Shown here in pieces: positions 41,036-51,562 of a stretch of DNA of 64,000 nucleotides. Position 1 is the first letter of the stretch. Every line of letters starts with the position of its first letter. The stretch covers positions 25,143-89,142 of the forward strand of contig CAMYAO010000002.1 in assembly GCA_947253885.1 (NCBI GenBank), read 5' to 3'. The notes under the pieces are model-generated. The model was not told the DNA's origin and searched no databases. It saw nothing but the letters and a program-made list of their open reading frames with translations. Origin of the DNA: an uncultured Clostridium sp. GTDB lineage: Bacteria; Bacillota; Clostridia; Lachnospirales; Lachnospiraceae. A program made the translations under genes and the position numbers.

Positions 41036-44000
41036 TTATGCTTCTTCCGGTGCTCCGTATAATGTTACTAATTTCTTTAAGTATGCATATCTTTCACGAG
41101 AAATCTTCTCTGACTGCTCAAATAATGCTTTTGCTTTTTCAGGATCCTGACGAACTAATGAGTTGTAACGAACCTCACCATTCAAGAAGTCCTGATATCC
41201 TTCACCAGGCTCTTTAGAATCTAAGCTGAATGCTGCTTTTCCTTCCTCAGCCAACTGTGGATTGAATCGGAAGTTATTCCAATATCCAACTTCAACAGCC
41301 TTTTTCTCTTCTGTCTGAGCCTTTGACATACCGATCTTGATACCATGATTAATACATGGAGCATATGCAATGATCAGAGATGGTCCCGGATATGCTTCTG
41401 CCTCTGAAATTGCTTTGATACACTGATTGTAATCAGATCCCATAGCAATACTTGCTACATATACATAACCATAGCTCATAGCGATACCAGCCAAATCTTT
41501 TTTCTTAACTTCTTTACCGCCTGCAGCAAACTGTGCAATTGCACCTACAGGTGTAGATTTTGAAGACTGACCACCGGTATTAGAGTAAACCTCTGTATCG
41601 AATACCATGATGTTGATGTCTTTACCGGATGCAAGTACGTGATCAAGACCACCAAATCCGATATCATAAGCCCAACCGTCACCACCGAAGATCCACTGAG
41701 ATTTCTTAGCCAGGAATTCTTTCTGTGCAAGGATGTCTTTTGATGAATCGCAACCACAAGCTTCCAGAGCAGCTACCAGGCTATCTGTTGCTGCGCCGTT
41801 CTCTGTACCAACAGTATAAGTATCAATCCAGTTCTGAGCTGCTTCTTTTACAGCTGCATCAGAAGCAGATTCTAATAAACCTTCTACCTTTGTACGTAAA
41901 GTGCTACGAACTGCATTTGCACCTAATAACATACCATAACCGAACTCTGCTGCATCCTCAAACAATGAGTTGGACCATGCAGGACCATGTCCTTTTTCAT
42001 TAGTTGTATATGGAGTAGATGGTGAAGAGTTACCCCAGATTGAAGAACAACCTGTTGCATTTGCAATGTACATTCTATCACCAAATAACTGTGTTAATAA
42101 TTTTGCATAAGGTGTCTCACCACAACCTGCACAAGCTCCTGAGAACTCAAGTAATGGCTGTTTAAACTGAGATCCTTTTACAGAGTTTACTTTGAATTTA
42201 TCGAACAAGTCTGCTTTCTTAGGTAATGACTGACCATAATCAAAGAATGCCTGCTGTCCTTCGTTTTCTTCAAAGTTCTTCATATCAAGAGCTTTGTTGC
42301 CTTTCTTACCCGGGCAAACATTTGCACAAGATCCGCAACCTGTACAGTCATATGCTGAAACGGTAATTGCGAACTTATACTGTGGCATGCCTGTCATAGG
42401 AAGTGTAGTCATTCCTGCAGGAGCTGCCGCTGCTTCTTCCTCTGTAAGTGCCACAGGACGGATTACCGCATGTGGGCATACATAAGAGCAGAAATTACAC
42501 TGAATACAGTTCTCGGAATTCCAAACAGGAGTATCTACTGCCACACCACGTTTCTCGTATGCAGAAGTACCGGAAGGTGTAGAACCGTCTGTATAAGCCT
42601 GAAGATCGGAAACTTTTAAGCTGTTACCCATCTGAGCATTTACTTTCTTCTGAATATCGTTTACGAAATCAACAGTATCCTGTTTAGCACCTGTTGCCTT
42701 TGTTCCTGTAATATCTCTGTCAGTTGCAGTCTTCCAGCTTTCCGGAATCTCAATCTTAACAAAGTTTTTAGCACCTGCATCGATAGCATCGTAGTTCATC
42801 TGTACGACTTTATCACCTTTTCTGCCGTAAGTAGCTTTTGCTGCCGCTTTCATCAAATCAGCCGCTTCATCACCAGGGATGATATTTGATAATTTAAAGA
42901 ATGCAGACTGTAGTACTGTATTGATACGACCGCCCAGACCGATTTCTTTACCGATATCGATACCGTTGATTGTATAGAACTGAATGTTGTTCTCAGCAAT
43001 ATAACGTTTTACCTGTCCCGGTAAATGCTCTTCCAAGCCTGCCATATCCCACTGGCAGTTCAATAAGAAAGTACCGCCCGGAACAAGATCCTGTACCATA
43101 TTGTATTTATTTACATACGCCTGGCAATGACAAGCAACAAAGTTTGCTTTGTTGATCAGATAGGTAGAGCGAATCGGATCCTTACCAAAACGTAAGTGAG
43201 AAATTGTTACACCACCGGATTTCTTTGAATCATAATCAAAGTATGCCTGTGCGTACATATCTGTGTTATCACCGATAATTTTGATAGAGTTCTTATTTGC
43301 GCCTACTGTACCGTCAGCTCCAAGTCCCCAGAATTTGCAGTTGATAGTTGCTTCAGGAGTAGTTACAGGATTCTCTTTAATTTCTAATGATAAGTTAGTT
43401 ACATCATCTTCGATACCAACTGTGAATACCGGTTTCTCATCATTGTGATATACAGCGATGATCTGTCCAGGAGTAGTATCTTTAGAACCTAAACCATAGC
43501 GACCTGTGAAGATAGGTGTGTTATGGAATTTTGTATCTCTTAATGCTGCTACAACGTCTAAGTATAAAGGTTCACCCTGTGCACCAGGCTCTTTTGTACG
43601 ATCCAATACAGTAATCTTTTTAACAGAATCAGGAATTGCTTCCAATAAAGCTTTTGCACTGAATGGTCTGTATAAACGAACTTTTACAATACCGACTTTT
43701 TCGCCTTTTGCCAACATATAGTCTAAGGTCTCATCGATTGTCTCACAGACAGAACCCATTGCAATAATAATATGCTCTGCATCTGCTGCACCGCTGTAGT
43801 TGAATAATTTATAATCTGTTCCGATTTTTGCATTTACCTTGTCCATGTATTCCTGAACAATTGCAGGCATTGCATCATAAATAGGATTACAGGTTTCACG
43901 TGCCTGGAAGAAAATATCAGGGTTCTGTGCACTACCCATTAATCTTGGATGTGTAGGATTTAAAGCGTTAGCACGGAAAGCTGCGATTGCATCCTTGTCT

Positions 44001-44584
44001 ACTAAATCCTCCAAATCATCGTAATCCCAAGTTTCAATTTTCTGAATCTCATGAGAAGTACGGAAACCATCAAAGAAGTTGATAAAAGGTAATTTCCCTT
44101 TTAAAGCTGCGCAATGAGCTACTGGAGTTAAATCCATTACTTCCTGAACACTTGATTCACAAAGCATAGCCACACCGGTCTGACGACAGGCATATACATC
44201 GGAATGGTCACCAAAGATACACAATGCATGTGAAGAAATTGTACGTGCGGATACATTGAATACACCCGGAAGCCCTTCACCTGCAACTTTATACAAGTTT
44301 GGAATCATAAGCAACAGACCCTGTGAAGCAGTGTAAGTAGTTGTCAAAGCACCTGCTGCCAAAGATCCGTGAACTGTACCGGCTGCACCAGCCTCTGATT
44401 GCATCTCAATTACGTTTACTTTTTCCCCAAAGATATTTTTTCTTCCTTGAGTAGCCCATTCATCAGTAGCTTCTGCCATAACTGAAGATGGTGTAATTGG
44501 ATAGATAGCTGCAACATCTGTATATGCATATGATGCATGAGCTGCTGCATGGTTACCGTCCATAGTTTTCATTGAACGTTTCAT
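41036..44584 (-). CDS. nifJ: Pyruvate:ferredoxin (flavodoxin) oxidoreductase, single-chain PFOR
   Basis: 1182 aa; N-terminal domain I (AYPITPSS), two 4Fe-4S ferredoxin motifs (CIQCNFCSYVCP, CTGCGSCANVCP), TPP-binding domain (GGDGWAYDIG). Confidence 0.9.
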   Translation of the reverse strand: MKRSMKTMDGNHAAAHASYAYTDVAAIYPITPSSVMAEATDEWATQGRKNIFGEKVNVIEMQSEAGAAGTVHGSLAAGALTTTYTASQGLLLMIPNLYKVAGEGLPGVFNVSARTISSHALCIFGDHSDVYACRQTGVAMLCESSVQEVMDLTPVAHCAALKGKLPFINFFDGFRTSHEIQKIETWDYDDLEDLVDKDAIAAFRANALNPTHPRLMGSAQNPDIFFQARETCNPIYDAMPAIVQEYMDKVNAKIGTDYKLFNYSGAADAEHIIIAMGSVCETIDETLDYMLAKGEKVGIVKVRLYRPFSAKALLEAIPDSVKKITVLDRTKEPGAQGEPLYLDVVAALRDTKFHNTPIFTGRYGLGSKDTTPGQIIAVYHNDEKPVFTVGIEDDVTNLSLEIKENPVTTPEATINCKFWGLGADGTVGANKNSIKIIGDNTDMYAQAYFDYDSKKSGGVTISHLRFGKDPIRSTYLINKANFVACHCQAYVNKYNMVQDLVPGGTFLLNCQWDMAGLEEHLPGQVKRYIAENNIQFYTINGIDIGKEIGLGGRINTVLQSAFFKLSNIIPGDEAADLMKAAAKATYGRKGDKVVQMNYDAIDAGAKNFVKIEIPESWKTATDRDITGTKATGAKQDTVDFVNDIQKKVNAQMGNSLKVSDLQAYTDGSTPSGTSAYEKRGVAVDTPVWNSENCIQCNFCSYVCPHAVIRPVALTEEEAAAAPAGMTTLPMTGMPQYKFAITVSAYDCTGCGSCANVCPGKKGNKALDMKNFEENEGQQAFFDYGQSLPKKADLFDKFKVNSVKGSQFKQPLLEFSGACAGCGETPYAKLLTQLFGDRMYIANATGCSSIWGNSSPSTPYTTNEKGHGPAWSNSLFEDAAEFGYGMLLGANAVRSTLRTKVEGLLESASDAAVKEAAQNWIDTYTVGTENGAATDSLVAALEACGCDSSKDILAQKEFLAKKSQWIFGGDGWAYDIGFGGLDHVLASGKDINIMVFDTEVYSNTGGQSSKSTPVGAIAQFAAGGKEVKKKDLAGIAMSYGYVYVASIAMGSDYNQCIKAISEAEAYPGPSLIIAYAPCINHGIKIGMSKAQTEEKKAVEVGYWNNFRFNPQLAEEGKAAFSLDSKEPGEGYQDFLNGEVRYNSLVRQDPEKAKALFEQSEKISRERYAYLKKLVTLYGAPEEA

Positions 44585-44648
44585 CTGTTTTCCTCCTATA
44601 CAAAAAATAATGTCAGATTGAATTGTACTCCTTTACTAAAGCACACAT

Positions 44649-44677
44649 ATTATAGCATGAAAAATTTGTTTAGTTAA
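44649..44677 (-). promoter_or_regulatory. Putative sigma-A promoter for PFOR (TTAACT-17-TATAAT on the minus strand)
   Basis: Complement of 44672-44677 = TTAACT, 17-nt spacer, complement of 44649-44654 = TATAAT, about 60 nt upstream of the ATG at 44584. Confidence 0.35.
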
Positions 44678-44872
44678 CACATAAATCATGCATTTTTTAT
44701 ATGTATACAGTATACCCTTTTTGTTGCTTTGTTTCAATTGAATTATTGTATATTTTAAGATACTTGTTTTCTATTGATTTTCCACATATCTTTTAGTATC
44801 ATGTTTTTTAGTGTCTATCTAACATAAATATAAATAGGAATTTAATTTTTAATTCTGATTGGAGAACGATTT

Positions 44873-46510
44873 ATGATAAGTGCAAATAATGTGACCTTAC
44901 AAATTGGCAAGAAGGCCTTATTTGAAGATGTAAACATTAAATTTACAGAAGGAAACTGCTATGGAATTATCGGTGCAAACGGTGCCGGAAAATCCACCTT
45001 TTTAAAAATATTAAGCAGTCAGATTGAACCTACCAACGGCTCTGTTGTAATTTCCGACGGACAGCGTCTTTCTTTTCTTCAGCAGGATCAATTCAAATAC
45101 GATGCTTATACCGTTTTGGATACGGTTATTATGGGAAATCAGCGTCTTTATAAGATCATGAAAGAAAAAGATGCCATTTATATGAAAGAGGATTTCAGCG
45201 AAGAGGACGGTATCCGTGCTTCTGAACTCGAGGGAGAGTTTGCTGAAATGGACGGTTGGAATGCAGAATCCGATGCCGCTACTCTTTTAAATGGTCTGGG
45301 AATTGATACTGATCTGCATTATAATCTGATGTCTGAATTGAATGGTGCACAGAAAGTAAAAGTACTATTGGCACAAGCGCTGTTTGGCAATCCGGATATC
45401 CTGTTATTGGATGAGCCTACCAACAACCTGGATCTGGATGCAATCGCATGGTTGGAAGAATTTTTAATCAATTTTGATAATACTGTAATCGTAGTCAGCC
45501 ATGACCGGTATTTTTTAAACAAGGTCTGCACTCATATTGCAGATATTGATTATGGAAAAATTCAGCTCTATACCGGCAACTATGATTTTTGGTACGAGTC
45601 CAGCCAGCTTATGGTAAAACAGATGAAAGATGCCAATAAAAAGAAGGAAGAAAAGATCAAAGAACTCCAGGAGTTTATTACCCGTTTCTCCGCAAATGCA
45701 TCAAAGTCCAAACAGGCTACTTCCAGAAAAAAAGCCCTTGAAAAAATCGAGTTGGACGAGATCCGACCTTCTTCCCGCAAATATCCTTATATTGATTTCA
45801 GACCGGAAAGAGAGATCGGAAATGATGTTCTTTTTGTAGAGGGTATCAGCAAAACCATTGACGGTGTCAAGGTGTTGGACAATATTTCCTTTACGGTAAA
45901 TCATGATGATAAGATTGCTTTTGTCGGCGGAAATGAACTGGCCAAAACTACATTTTTTAAGATTATAACCGGTGAATTGGAACCGGATGAAGGAAGCTTT
46001 AAATGGGGAGTTACGACTTCTCAATCCTATTTTCCGAAATACAATTCAAAGATTTTTGATACTGACCTGATTATAGCCGACTGGTTGACTCAGTATTCAG
46101 AGATTAAAGACGCCACATATGTTCGCGGTTTTCTCGGTCGTATGCTGTTCCCGGGGGATGCAGGTATCAAAAAAATGAAGGTGCTGTCCGGTGGAGAAAA
46201 AGTACGCGTACTATTCTCACGAATGATGATAGAAAATTCCAATGTACTCATTTTAGATGAGCCTACCAATCATCTCGATATGGAGTCAATCACCGCACTT
46301 AATAACGGTCTGATGAAATTTCCAGGTGTCATTTTGTTTGCATGTCGGGATCATCAGGTAGTCCAAACCACTGCAAATCGAATCATGGAATTTCTTCCGG
46401 ACGGAAGCATGATCGATAAAATTACCTCTTATGACGAATATCTTGAAAGTGATGAAATGGCACGTAAACGTACGGTTTATCAATTCCATGAAGAAGAAGA
46501 CAATAACTGA
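44873..46510 (+). CDS. ABC-F family ATPase (two nucleotide-binding domains, no TM domain), a ribosome-associated translation-factor type
   Basis: Two Walker A motifs (GANGAGKST, GGNELAKTT), two ABC signatures (LSGGEKVR), an inter-domain linker; 545 aa. Confidence 0.8.
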   Translation: MISANNVTLQIGKKALFEDVNIKFTEGNCYGIIGANGAGKSTFLKILSSQIEPTNGSVVISDGQRLSFLQQDQFKYDAYTVLDTVIMGNQRLYKIMKEKDAIYMKEDFSEEDGIRASELEGEFAEMDGWNAESDAATLLNGLGIDTDLHYNLMSELNGAQKVKVLLAQALFGNPDILLLDEPTNNLDLDAIAWLEEFLINFDNTVIVVSHDRYFLNKVCTHIADIDYGKIQLYTGNYDFWYESSQLMVKQMKDANKKKEEKIKELQEFITRFSANASKSKQATSRKKALEKIELDEIRPSSRKYPYIDFRPEREIGNDVLFVEGISKTIDGVKVLDNISFTVNHDDKIAFVGGNELAKTTFFKIITGELEPDEGSFKWGVTTSQSYFPKYNSKIFDTDLIIADWLTQYSEIKDATYVRGFLGRMLFPGDAGIKKMKVLSGGEKVRVLFSRMMIENSNVLILDEPTNHLDMESITALNNGLMKFPGVILFACRDHQVVQTTANRIMEFLPDGSMIDKITSYDEYLESDEMARKRTVYQFHEEEDNN

Positions 46511-46511
46511 T

Positions 46512-46565
46512 AAAAAACTCCCGTTCAAGTCGACACTTAATTATCGACTTAAACGGGAGTTTTTC
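46512..46565. terminator. Bidirectional terminator between the ABC-F gene (+) and ftsH (-)
   Basis: AAAAAACTCCCGTT-CAAGTCGA...TCGACTT-AAACGGGAGTTTTT: a 10-bp perfect outer stem plus an inner 7-bp stem. Confidence 0.6.
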
Positions 46566-46577
46566 TTAATCCTTTTA

Positions 46578-48419
46578 TTACTCCGCTTCCCCATGAAGAA
46601 TTTTCATAAACTCTTCTCCGGTAATGGTTTCTTTAAAATACAGATGCTCTGCTAATTGATCCATCTTGGATTTATTGTCTCTCAGCAATTGTTTTGCTTT
46701 TTCATGTTGTGTACGCACAAGCTCTACTACTTTCTCATCTATTTTTCGTTGTGTGTCCGGAGAACATGCTAAAGATGTATCTCCACCCAAATATTGATTT
46801 TGAATAGTCTCCATTGCCACCATATCAAATTCATCACTCATTCCGTATCGGGTGATCATTGCCCGTGCTAATTTAGTAGCCTGCTCTATATCATTGGAGG
46901 CTCCGGTTGTTACGGAATTGAATTCCACTTCTTCTGCGGAACGACCACCCATAAGTGTTGCAATCTTGTTTTCCATTTCAACCTTACTCAACAGATTATG
47001 ATTTCCGTCTTCTTCTACTTGCATAGTATAGCCGAGTGCCCCTGATGTCCTTGGAATAATAGTAATTTTTTGTACCGGTGCCGAATCTGACTGCAACGCT
47101 GCAACTAATGCATGACCAATTTCATGATAAGATACAATCAGCTTTTCCTTATCGGAAAGAATCGCATTCTTCTTTTGATATCCGGCAATTACTACTTCAA
47201 TACTTTCTTCTAAATCTAATTGATTTGCAAATTTACGGTGATCCCGTACTGCCCGAAGGGCAGCTTCATTGACAATATTGGCAAGTTCTGCACCGGAAGC
47301 TCCTGCCGCCATCCTTGCCACTTTGTCAAAATCTACGTCATCCGATATTTTGATTTTTTTAGAATGCACTTTCAGTATATCGATTCTTCCTTGAAGATCC
47401 GGAAGATTTACGGGAACCTGACGGTCAAATCGTCCGGGCCTGGTCAATGCCGGATCCAATGCCTCCGGTCTGTTTGTTGCCGCCAAAAGAACCACTCCCG
47501 CATTTTCTTCAAAACCGTCCATCTCTGTCAACAATTGATTCAACGTCTGCTCTCTTTCATCATTTCCTCCGAAAGCCGCTCCGTCTCTCTTTTTGCCGAC
47601 TGCATCGATCTCATCGATAAATACAATGCAGGGAGCTTTTTCCTTTGCCTGTTTAAACAAATCTCTTACTTTGGAAGCTCCCATACCCACAAACATCTCT
47701 ACAAACTCGGAACCTGACATGGAAAAGAATGGGACATTTGCCTCTCCTGCCACTGCCTTTGCCAACATAGTCTTACCGGTACCGGGAGGTCCTACAAGCA
47801 AAATTCCCTTCGGCATTGTTGCACCGATCTCTTTATATTGGTTCGGGTCATCTAAGTACTGTACAATTTCTTGAAGGTTCTCTTTTGCTTCTTCTTCCCC
47901 TGCAACATCTTTAAATCGGATTCCGTTAGAAGACTGTACATAAATTTTTGCACTGCTTTTTCCAAATCCTCCTAAGCCGGACCCAATCCCTCCAAATTTC
48001 ATGGAATTATTACCGGGATCGGCAAGCTTTTTCATAATCCAACGACCGATTGCCCAAAAAATCAGAATCGGCAGAATCCATGACAAAAGAAAACTCACCC
48101 ATGGAGAAGTTTCTTTTACAATATCTTTTTTAAAGGAAGCTCCGGACTTTTCCAGACGTGAAACAAAATTCGGATCTTCGATAGTTCCTGTTTCATATTT
48201 TTTACCGTTTTTATCTGTAAAATAAATCAAATTGTTTTTTACCTGAACAGATCGAATCTCTTTATTATTAGTCATTGACAAAAAGGTGCTGTAATCCACT
48301 TCCTTAATTTGAGACTGCTTATACATAGGAAGCACTATTAAATTCATAACCAGCAGCAATACTAAAATAATCCCTCCGTAAAACATCATTGGTTTTTTAG
48401 GATTTTTTATTTCATTCAT
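46578..48419 (-). CDS. ftsH: ATP-dependent zinc metalloprotease FtsH
   Basis: N-terminal TM helices, AAA+ module (GPPGTGKT, SRH), HEIGH zinc motif. Confidence 0.95.
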   Translation of the reverse strand: MNEIKNPKKPMMFYGGIILVLLLVMNLIVLPMYKQSQIKEVDYSTFLSMTNNKEIRSVQVKNNLIYFTDKNGKKYETGTIEDPNFVSRLEKSGASFKKDIVKETSPWVSFLLSWILPILIFWAIGRWIMKKLADPGNNSMKFGGIGSGLGGFGKSSAKIYVQSSNGIRFKDVAGEEEAKENLQEIVQYLDDPNQYKEIGATMPKGILLVGPPGTGKTMLAKAVAGEANVPFFSMSGSEFVEMFVGMGASKVRDLFKQAKEKAPCIVFIDEIDAVGKKRDGAAFGGNDEREQTLNQLLTEMDGFEENAGVVLLAATNRPEALDPALTRPGRFDRQVPVNLPDLQGRIDILKVHSKKIKISDDVDFDKVARMAAGASGAELANIVNEAALRAVRDHRKFANQLDLEESIEVVIAGYQKKNAILSDKEKLIVSYHEIGHALVAALQSDSAPVQKITIIPRTSGALGYTMQVEEDGNHNLLSKVEMENKIATLMGGRSAEEVEFNSVTTGASNDIEQATKLARAMITRYGMSDEFDMVAMETIQNQYLGGDTSLACSPDTQRKIDEKVVELVRTQHEKAKQLLRDNKSKMDQLAEHLYFKETITGEEFMKILHGEAE

Positions 48420-48531
48420 TTTCTTTTCTCCTTAAACTGAAAATTGCTATGAAGGCGATTGTATCACAAACCGAATCTTTATTTCTGTAATATTTTCTAA
48501 CCTTTTTATAAAAAAATTCTAAACTCTCTTA

Positions 48532-49431
48532 CTATTCAGATATCATTAAAAATGCTCCCAAATTTCCTCTTTTCCCATGTGAAGCACGGTGTGAAAAAAG
48601 TTTTTTTGAATTACAACATGTACAAATATCCGTAACCTCCAAATGATTCGACAAAATGCCAGCCTCTGTCAAAATGTATTCATTTGCTTTCCACAGATCC
48701 AATTGATATTTCCCATGCGGATTGATGTCATAAAACTGTTCTGTCACTTCTCCGAATTCAGCTTCAAACTGTTCTATCACATCTTTGCTTACTTCATAAC
48801 AATCCTTACATATGGAGGGACCGATTGCACAATGGATATCTTCAGGTCGGGAGCCGAATGTTTCTTTCATTTTATCAATTGTAACCGCTCCCATTCTTCC
48901 AACAGTCCCTCTCCACCCCGAATGACTTAAACCGATTGCCTTTTTTATAGGATCCACAAAATATAATGGAACACAGTCTGCATAAAAAGTAGACAGAATG
49001 ATGTTCGGCTCATTCGTGATCAGCCCGTCCACATCTCGATAGGAAAGTTCCTTTGTCAATCCACTTCCCATATCTGATTTTTCAATTTTTCTCACATTGG
49101 TAGTATGTGTCTGCATTGACAATACAATCCGATCTGCTGTCATTTCAAAACTCTCTGCCACTCTTTCAAAATTTTTATAGACAGCTTTTGGATCATCTCC
49201 TCTTGTGAAACTGAGATTCAAGCTCTCAAATATTCCTCTGCTGACACCTCCCAGCCTTGTTGTAAAACAGTGCTGAAATCCCTTTATCCCATCTAATCCC
49301 GGAAATTTCAGCAATGGAAGCTTCCCATCTTCTATTACAACTGAAACCTCCTTTATTTGCTCTGCTTTTGTTTTTCTCTTCCAATCCAACTTAATATTCC
49401 CACCTTCCCCGATAGCCAAAGGCATTTTCAA
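48532..49431 (-). CDS. pgeF: YfiH/PgeF-family (DUF152) purine nucleoside phosphorylase / peptidoglycan editing factor; start position uncertain
   Basis: Conserved HSGWRGT and C...C metal-site motifs. The ORF as drawn overlaps yraN by 41 nt, so the true start is probably an internal or non-ATG codon. Confidence 0.65.
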   Translation of the reverse strand: MKMPLAIGEGGNIKLDWKRKTKAEQIKEVSVVIEDGKLPLLKFPGLDGIKGFQHCFTTRLGGVSRGIFESLNLSFTRGDDPKAVYKNFERVAESFEMTADRIVLSMQTHTTNVRKIEKSDMGSGLTKELSYRDVDGLITNEPNIILSTFYADCVPLYFVDPIKKAIGLSHSGWRGTVGRMGAVTIDKMKETFGSRPEDIHCAIGPSICKDCYEVSKDVIEQFEAEFGEVTEQFYDINPHGKYQLDLWKANEYILTEAGILSNHLEVTDICTCCNSKKLFSHRASHGKRGNLGAFLMISE

Positions 49432-49723
49432 TTATCTCAATTCCGCTCGGAGTCACAGATACCACATCAAATCTACATCTCCCCCGATACTGATTTTGAT
49501 AACAATATACACTTCCCACTTTCGACAAAGTTCTTTGTTTTTGTTTGTCCACTGCTTCGGACGGCAGTCCGTAACGACTGCTCTTTCTATACTTTACCTC
49601 TGTAAAAATCAGACAATCTTCTTTTCTGCTTATAATATCGATTTCTCCATAAGAGCATCTAAAATTCTTTGCAACAATGCAATATCCCTGCTTTGTTAAA
49701 AAGTGTATCACTTTTTCTTCCAT
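49391..49723 (-). CDS. yraN: YraN-family (UPF0102) predicted endonuclease
   Basis: YCIVAKNFRCSYGEIDIISR...EVKYR, the YraN PD-(D/E)xK-like signature. Confidence 0.7.
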   Translation of the reverse strand: MEEKVIHFLTKQGYCIVAKNFRCSYGEIDIISRKEDCLIFTEVKYRKSSRYGLPSEAVDKQKQRTLSKVGSVYCYQNQYRGRCRFDVVSVTPSGIEIIENAFGYRGRWEY

Positions 49724-49746
49724 GAGTGTTCCGATTTTTCGTTTAT

Positions 49747-50526
49747 TTATCTTAATCCCGCCTGTTCTGAAATAAAATTTTTTATAAATGTATTGCGATG
49801 TATCGGAGTTGCCCCGCAGGTTTTCAAAGCCTTTATATGCTCCGCTGAACCATATCCTTTGTTTGAGGCAAAGCCATATTCCGGAAAAATCTTGTCGTAC
49901 GCTTCCATCAAATGATCTCGCTCCACTTTCGCAATAATACTTGCTGCTCCAATCGAGATACTCTTGGCATCTCCTTTAATAATCGGCACCTGCTGTATAA
50001 CAACATCCGGAATTGTAACCGCATCATTCAACAACAAATCCGGTTCTATGGATAACTTCGAAATTGCAATCCTCATCGCCTCATATGTCGCCTGTAATAT
50101 ATTGATTTCATCAATTCTGTCCGGAGACACAATTCCGACAGCACAGGCCAAAGCCTCTCGTTTAATTTCCAAATACAGCTGCTCCCGCTTTTTTCCGGAT
50201 AATTTTTTAGAATCATTAATCCCATGTATCCTGCAGCCCTTAGGCAATATTACAGCTCCTGCTACTACCGGCCCTGCAAGCGGACCTCTTCCAACCTCAT
50301 CAATCCCGCAAATATAGGAGTAAGCACAGTATCTTTTTTCATATTGAGATAATTTTTCCAAACGTTCTTCTTCTTGCTCATAGGCTTTCATCTCATGCTC
50401 TGCCTTCTTGATCAAAGTCTGAACTCCGCTTCGTTCATCTGACTGATATGCCCCTATAAAATCCGAATAATCCGCAAAAGACAGTTCCTTGAATTTCCTT
50501 TTAATATCTGAAATAGTCTCGCTCAT
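49747..50526 (-). CDS. rnhB: Ribonuclease HII
   Basis: GIDEVGRGPLAGPVV motif; immediately downstream of rbgA, the conserved arrangement. Confidence 0.9.
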   Translation of the reverse strand: MSETISDIKRKFKELSFADYSDFIGAYQSDERSGVQTLIKKAEHEMKAYEQEEERLEKLSQYEKRYCAYSYICGIDEVGRGPLAGPVVAGAVILPKGCRIHGINDSKKLSGKKREQLYLEIKREALACAVGIVSPDRIDEINILQATYEAMRIAISKLSIEPDLLLNDAVTIPDVVIQQVPIIKGDAKSISIGAASIIAKVERDHLMEAYDKIFPEYGFASNKGYGSAEHIKALKTCGATPIHRNTFIKNFISEQAGLR

Positions 50527-50528
50527 AA

Positions 50529-51383
50529 TTACGACTCATACTCCTCCGGTAATTCTAATGTTATTTTTCCTATTACCCCGCTGCGAAATTCATCCAGCAA
50601 CAGAGTTGCGGCTTTATCATAATCCACCTCTGCTCCTTTTTTTATACAGTTTCTTTTGATTGCAATCTGCTCTAACAACGCTACCGCTCTCCCCTCCTCA
50701 CTTTCCAATTGATAACGCTCTTTTAACATTCCCGGGCAAGTCTCCTGTAAATAAGCGATCAATTGCAAAGATAATTCATCCAGCAACAATATCTGATCAT
50801 TGATAGAACCGACCATTGCCAAGTTATTTCCTACCTTCTTATCATCAAATTTTGGCCATAGTATCCCCGGTGTATCCAGCAATTCTACCTGTTTATTCAA
50901 GCGAATCCACTGTTTTCCTTTTGTAATTCCCGGCTTATTACCTGTTTTTGCCACTGCTTTTCCAGCAAAACTGTTAATAAACGTAGACTTTCCTACATTT
51001 GGAATTCCTACTACCATTGCACGAATAGGACGATTTTTTATTCCTCTTCTTTTATCTCTTTCCAATTTTTCATGACAGGCTTCCAAAATTGCATTCTGAA
51101 CTGCTTTAATCCCATTCTTTTTTCGAGCATCCATTTTGATGGCAAGTATTCCTTTTTTTGCAAAAAAAGAAATCCAATTTTGATTGTGTCGTTCCTCTGC
51201 CAAATCTGCCTTATTCAAAATAATTAAGCGTGCTTTCTGCTTCCCAATCTCATCTATATCTGGATTACGACTTGACATCGGAATTCTTGCATCTGTTATC
51301 TCTATAATCAAATCAATCAACTTTATATCTTCCTGCATTTGGCGCTTTGCTTTTGCCATATGCCCTGGATACCACTGTATCAT
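50529..51383 (-). CDS. rbgA: Ribosome biogenesis GTPase A (RbgA/YlqF), circularly permuted GTPase
   Basis: MIQWYPGHMAKAKR..., NKADL, GIPNVGKST. Start set at MIQWYPGH (51383), with AAGGAAA 7 nt upstream. The ORF-track start at 51467 is an upstream extension. Confidence 0.85.
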   Translation of the reverse strand: MIQWYPGHMAKAKRQMQEDIKLIDLIIEITDARIPMSSRNPDIDEIGKQKARLIILNKADLAEERHNQNWISFFAKKGILAIKMDARKKNGIKAVQNAILEACHEKLERDKRRGIKNRPIRAMVVGIPNVGKSTFINSFAGKAVAKTGNKPGITKGKQWIRLNKQVELLDTPGILWPKFDDKKVGNNLAMVGSINDQILLLDELSLQLIAYLQETCPGMLKERYQLESEEGRAVALLEQIAIKRNCIKKGAEVDYDKAATLLLDEFRSGVIGKITLELPEEYES

Positions 51384-51562
51384 CCTATCGTTTCCTTTCA
51401 TAAAAGAATATTTTCGCACTACTCTCATAGTACCATATTTAGCAGTGTGAATCGTTTCCAATAGCAAATTTCACAAATTATACATCATTTGATTTTCGAA
51501 ATCATCTCTGTCAAAATCGTTCAGTGAATCAAGTCACCTTATACCCACTTCTTCCTGTTCTG

